From NCBI GenBank assembly GCA_001724265.1, contig MEDY01000169.1, positions 1 to 64,000 of the forward strand: a stretch of DNA of 64,000 nucleotides. The letters are read 5' to 3'. The notes below the pieces were generated by a model that saw only the letters and a program-made list of their open reading frames with translations, was not told the DNA's origin and did no database searches. This document shows, one piece after another, positions 62,676 to 64,000 of this stretch. Source of the DNA: Rhizaria sp. SCN 62-66. Taxonomy: Eukaryota. Position 1 is the stretch's first letter, and each line of letters starts with the position of its first letter. The translations under genes and the position numbers were made by a program.

Positions 62676-63032
62676 GCTCCGGGGGGGCTGGTGGCGTGCG
62701 GGGAGCGGGAGGTCGGTGGTGATGCCGGTGCATGGCGGCAGCGGGGGCGCCACGACCACCGCACTCGCGCTCGCACTCGCACTAGCGCAAGACGAGCTGC
62801 TGCTGCTGCTGCTGCTGTCGGCGCTGTTTTCAGCGGTTGTGTGTGTGTGTGCGTTGGTGGTGACGGGCGCGTGCGAGAGGAAAGAGTCGAGGTGGCGGAG
62901 GATGTACCCCGTGGGGTTGTGGATAACGCTGCCAAACGGGCCGAAAGCGGTCAGGTACAAGTGCACGGGGCGCGGGGAACGCGCGGCCGCGGCGGCGCCG
63001 GGCGCAGAGCATGCTGGCAAGGGGGCGCTCAT
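61413..63032 (-). CDS. Pyroglutamyl-peptidase I (peptidase C15) with low-complexity insertions
   Basis: Single-exon 539-aa ORF ending TGA. Motifs LTAFGPFGSVIHNPT, VHFGV...VEAWGYN (catalytic Glu), DPGSYLCNYLYY (Cys) and LFVHVP (His). Confidence 0.9.
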
Positions 63033-64000
63033 GGAGTGGCGCTGAGCAAGTAAGTGAGGAAAGAATGAGACGTATTAGCGTGATTGCGCATTGAAATGAG
63101 ATATGGCGATTGAATATAAAGTATATATTTAGTATTGTTTTGTAAAATGTGTGCTCTCAAGAAGTTAGAACGAGTTTGATGGCTGCAGAAGAGGAAATGT
63201 GTAGACTGGAGGCGGTTGTGGTCGGAAAGGCTCCGGTAAGTCAGGACGGACGCGTTTGGGAGGCGTAGTTTGGTTTAAGAAGAATAGTTCCTGTCAGTTC
63301 CGCTGGTAAGTCATATTAAATCGGTGTCAGGTATGGTAGAAGTGGGACATCTATCTGACGATAAGTGACACAAATGAACTTGAGGTCAAATAGCTGGAGG
63401 ATCTGTCTGTCTGGACAATCTGTCTGGACAATCTTTTTTCGGTACTGGGGAGCGAGGCTGGGCACTCAGTGCTCTAAGGGCTAGCTACAATACACCACGC
63501 AACTTCTCCTCTTTCGTCTTTGCAAGAAAATGCTGTGAAATCATCGTGGATCTTGTTAAGAAGTGCTGTAATACGTATTAATCGAGTGCATTTATTGATT
63601 CTAAAAGTGTAAGCTGCTGTGCGCCTGATATTGCCCTCAGATTGAGACTCAATATGGAATTGATCTTAGGGGTGCGACTTGCCTTGCTATATTAGGCTTC
63701 TACATCCGTATTATGCCAGCAGATGCTCGCTACAACCAGACATTTCTTATGAAAATGCTGATTTCTATTTATTTGCGACGATTATTTTTCATCAACAAAG
63801 TTCAACGCCCTCTTTCGTCGCATTCGCGCCCTTTACCAACTTAATACTTGTCAAACTCTCACAACGAACAACTACGACTATTTTTCTTTCTTTTCTGACG
63901 TGCCCACATTGTGTAGCCTCTACTGAATTGGTTCAGCACTTCAAACTTTACTAGCAACGCCCCAGTAGCTCTTCAATCGCTGCAATCGCGCGTGCTCTTC

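Noticed and set aside
460-63053. Hundreds of overlapping antisense and alternate-frame ORFs in the ORF track (e.g. 24507-26423 +, 13808-15043 +, 61761-63053 +)
   Set aside because: They are shadows of GC-rich, GCN/AGC-repeat coding sequence, with no recognisable motifs, and overlap well-supported genes.
63408-63433. 13-bp tandem duplication TGTCTGGACAATC x2
   Set aside because: Only two adjacent copies with no spacers or element ends; not a CRISPR array or mobile element.
63679-63954. 91-aa ORF near the window end, and the short ORFs at 35-543
   Set aside because: AT-rich, mostly non-ATG starts, and unlike the coding composition of the real genes; probably UTR, intron or intergenic sequence.

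Overview
Eukaryotic nuclear DNA, probably a protist; the lineage cannot be fixed from this window. Exons are GC-rich and full of Ala/Ser/Asn/Gln/Gly low-complexity tracts. Introns are AT-richer, 120-260 nt, GT-AG. I resolve 13 protein-coding genes: MPS1/TTK kinase, PRP28/DDX23, COQ7, a bZIP factor, a low-complexity coiled-coil protein, a TOG/CLASP-like protein, INCENP, pantothenate synthetase, WDR17, an SPX-EXS (XPR1/SYG1/PHO1) protein, a ~2900-aa low-complexity protein, a metaxin, and pyroglutamyl peptidase I. Main observation: five in-frame TAG codons interrupt otherwise continuous coding sequence in two unrelated genes, mostly in Gln-compatible contexts. With TAG read through, all 13 genes end in TAA (7) or TGA (6). 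This suggests a nuclear code in which UAG is a sense codon (probably Gln) while UAA and UGA remain stops. None of the five TAGs lies in a conserved domain, so the amino acid is inferred. Secondary points: a strong GTACG splice-donor preference (18 of 22 introns, none GTAAG), an SPX domain lacking its inositol-phosphate-binding lysines, and a bZIP with Lys at the invariant Asn. No rRNA, tRNA, CRISPR array or mobile element was recognised.
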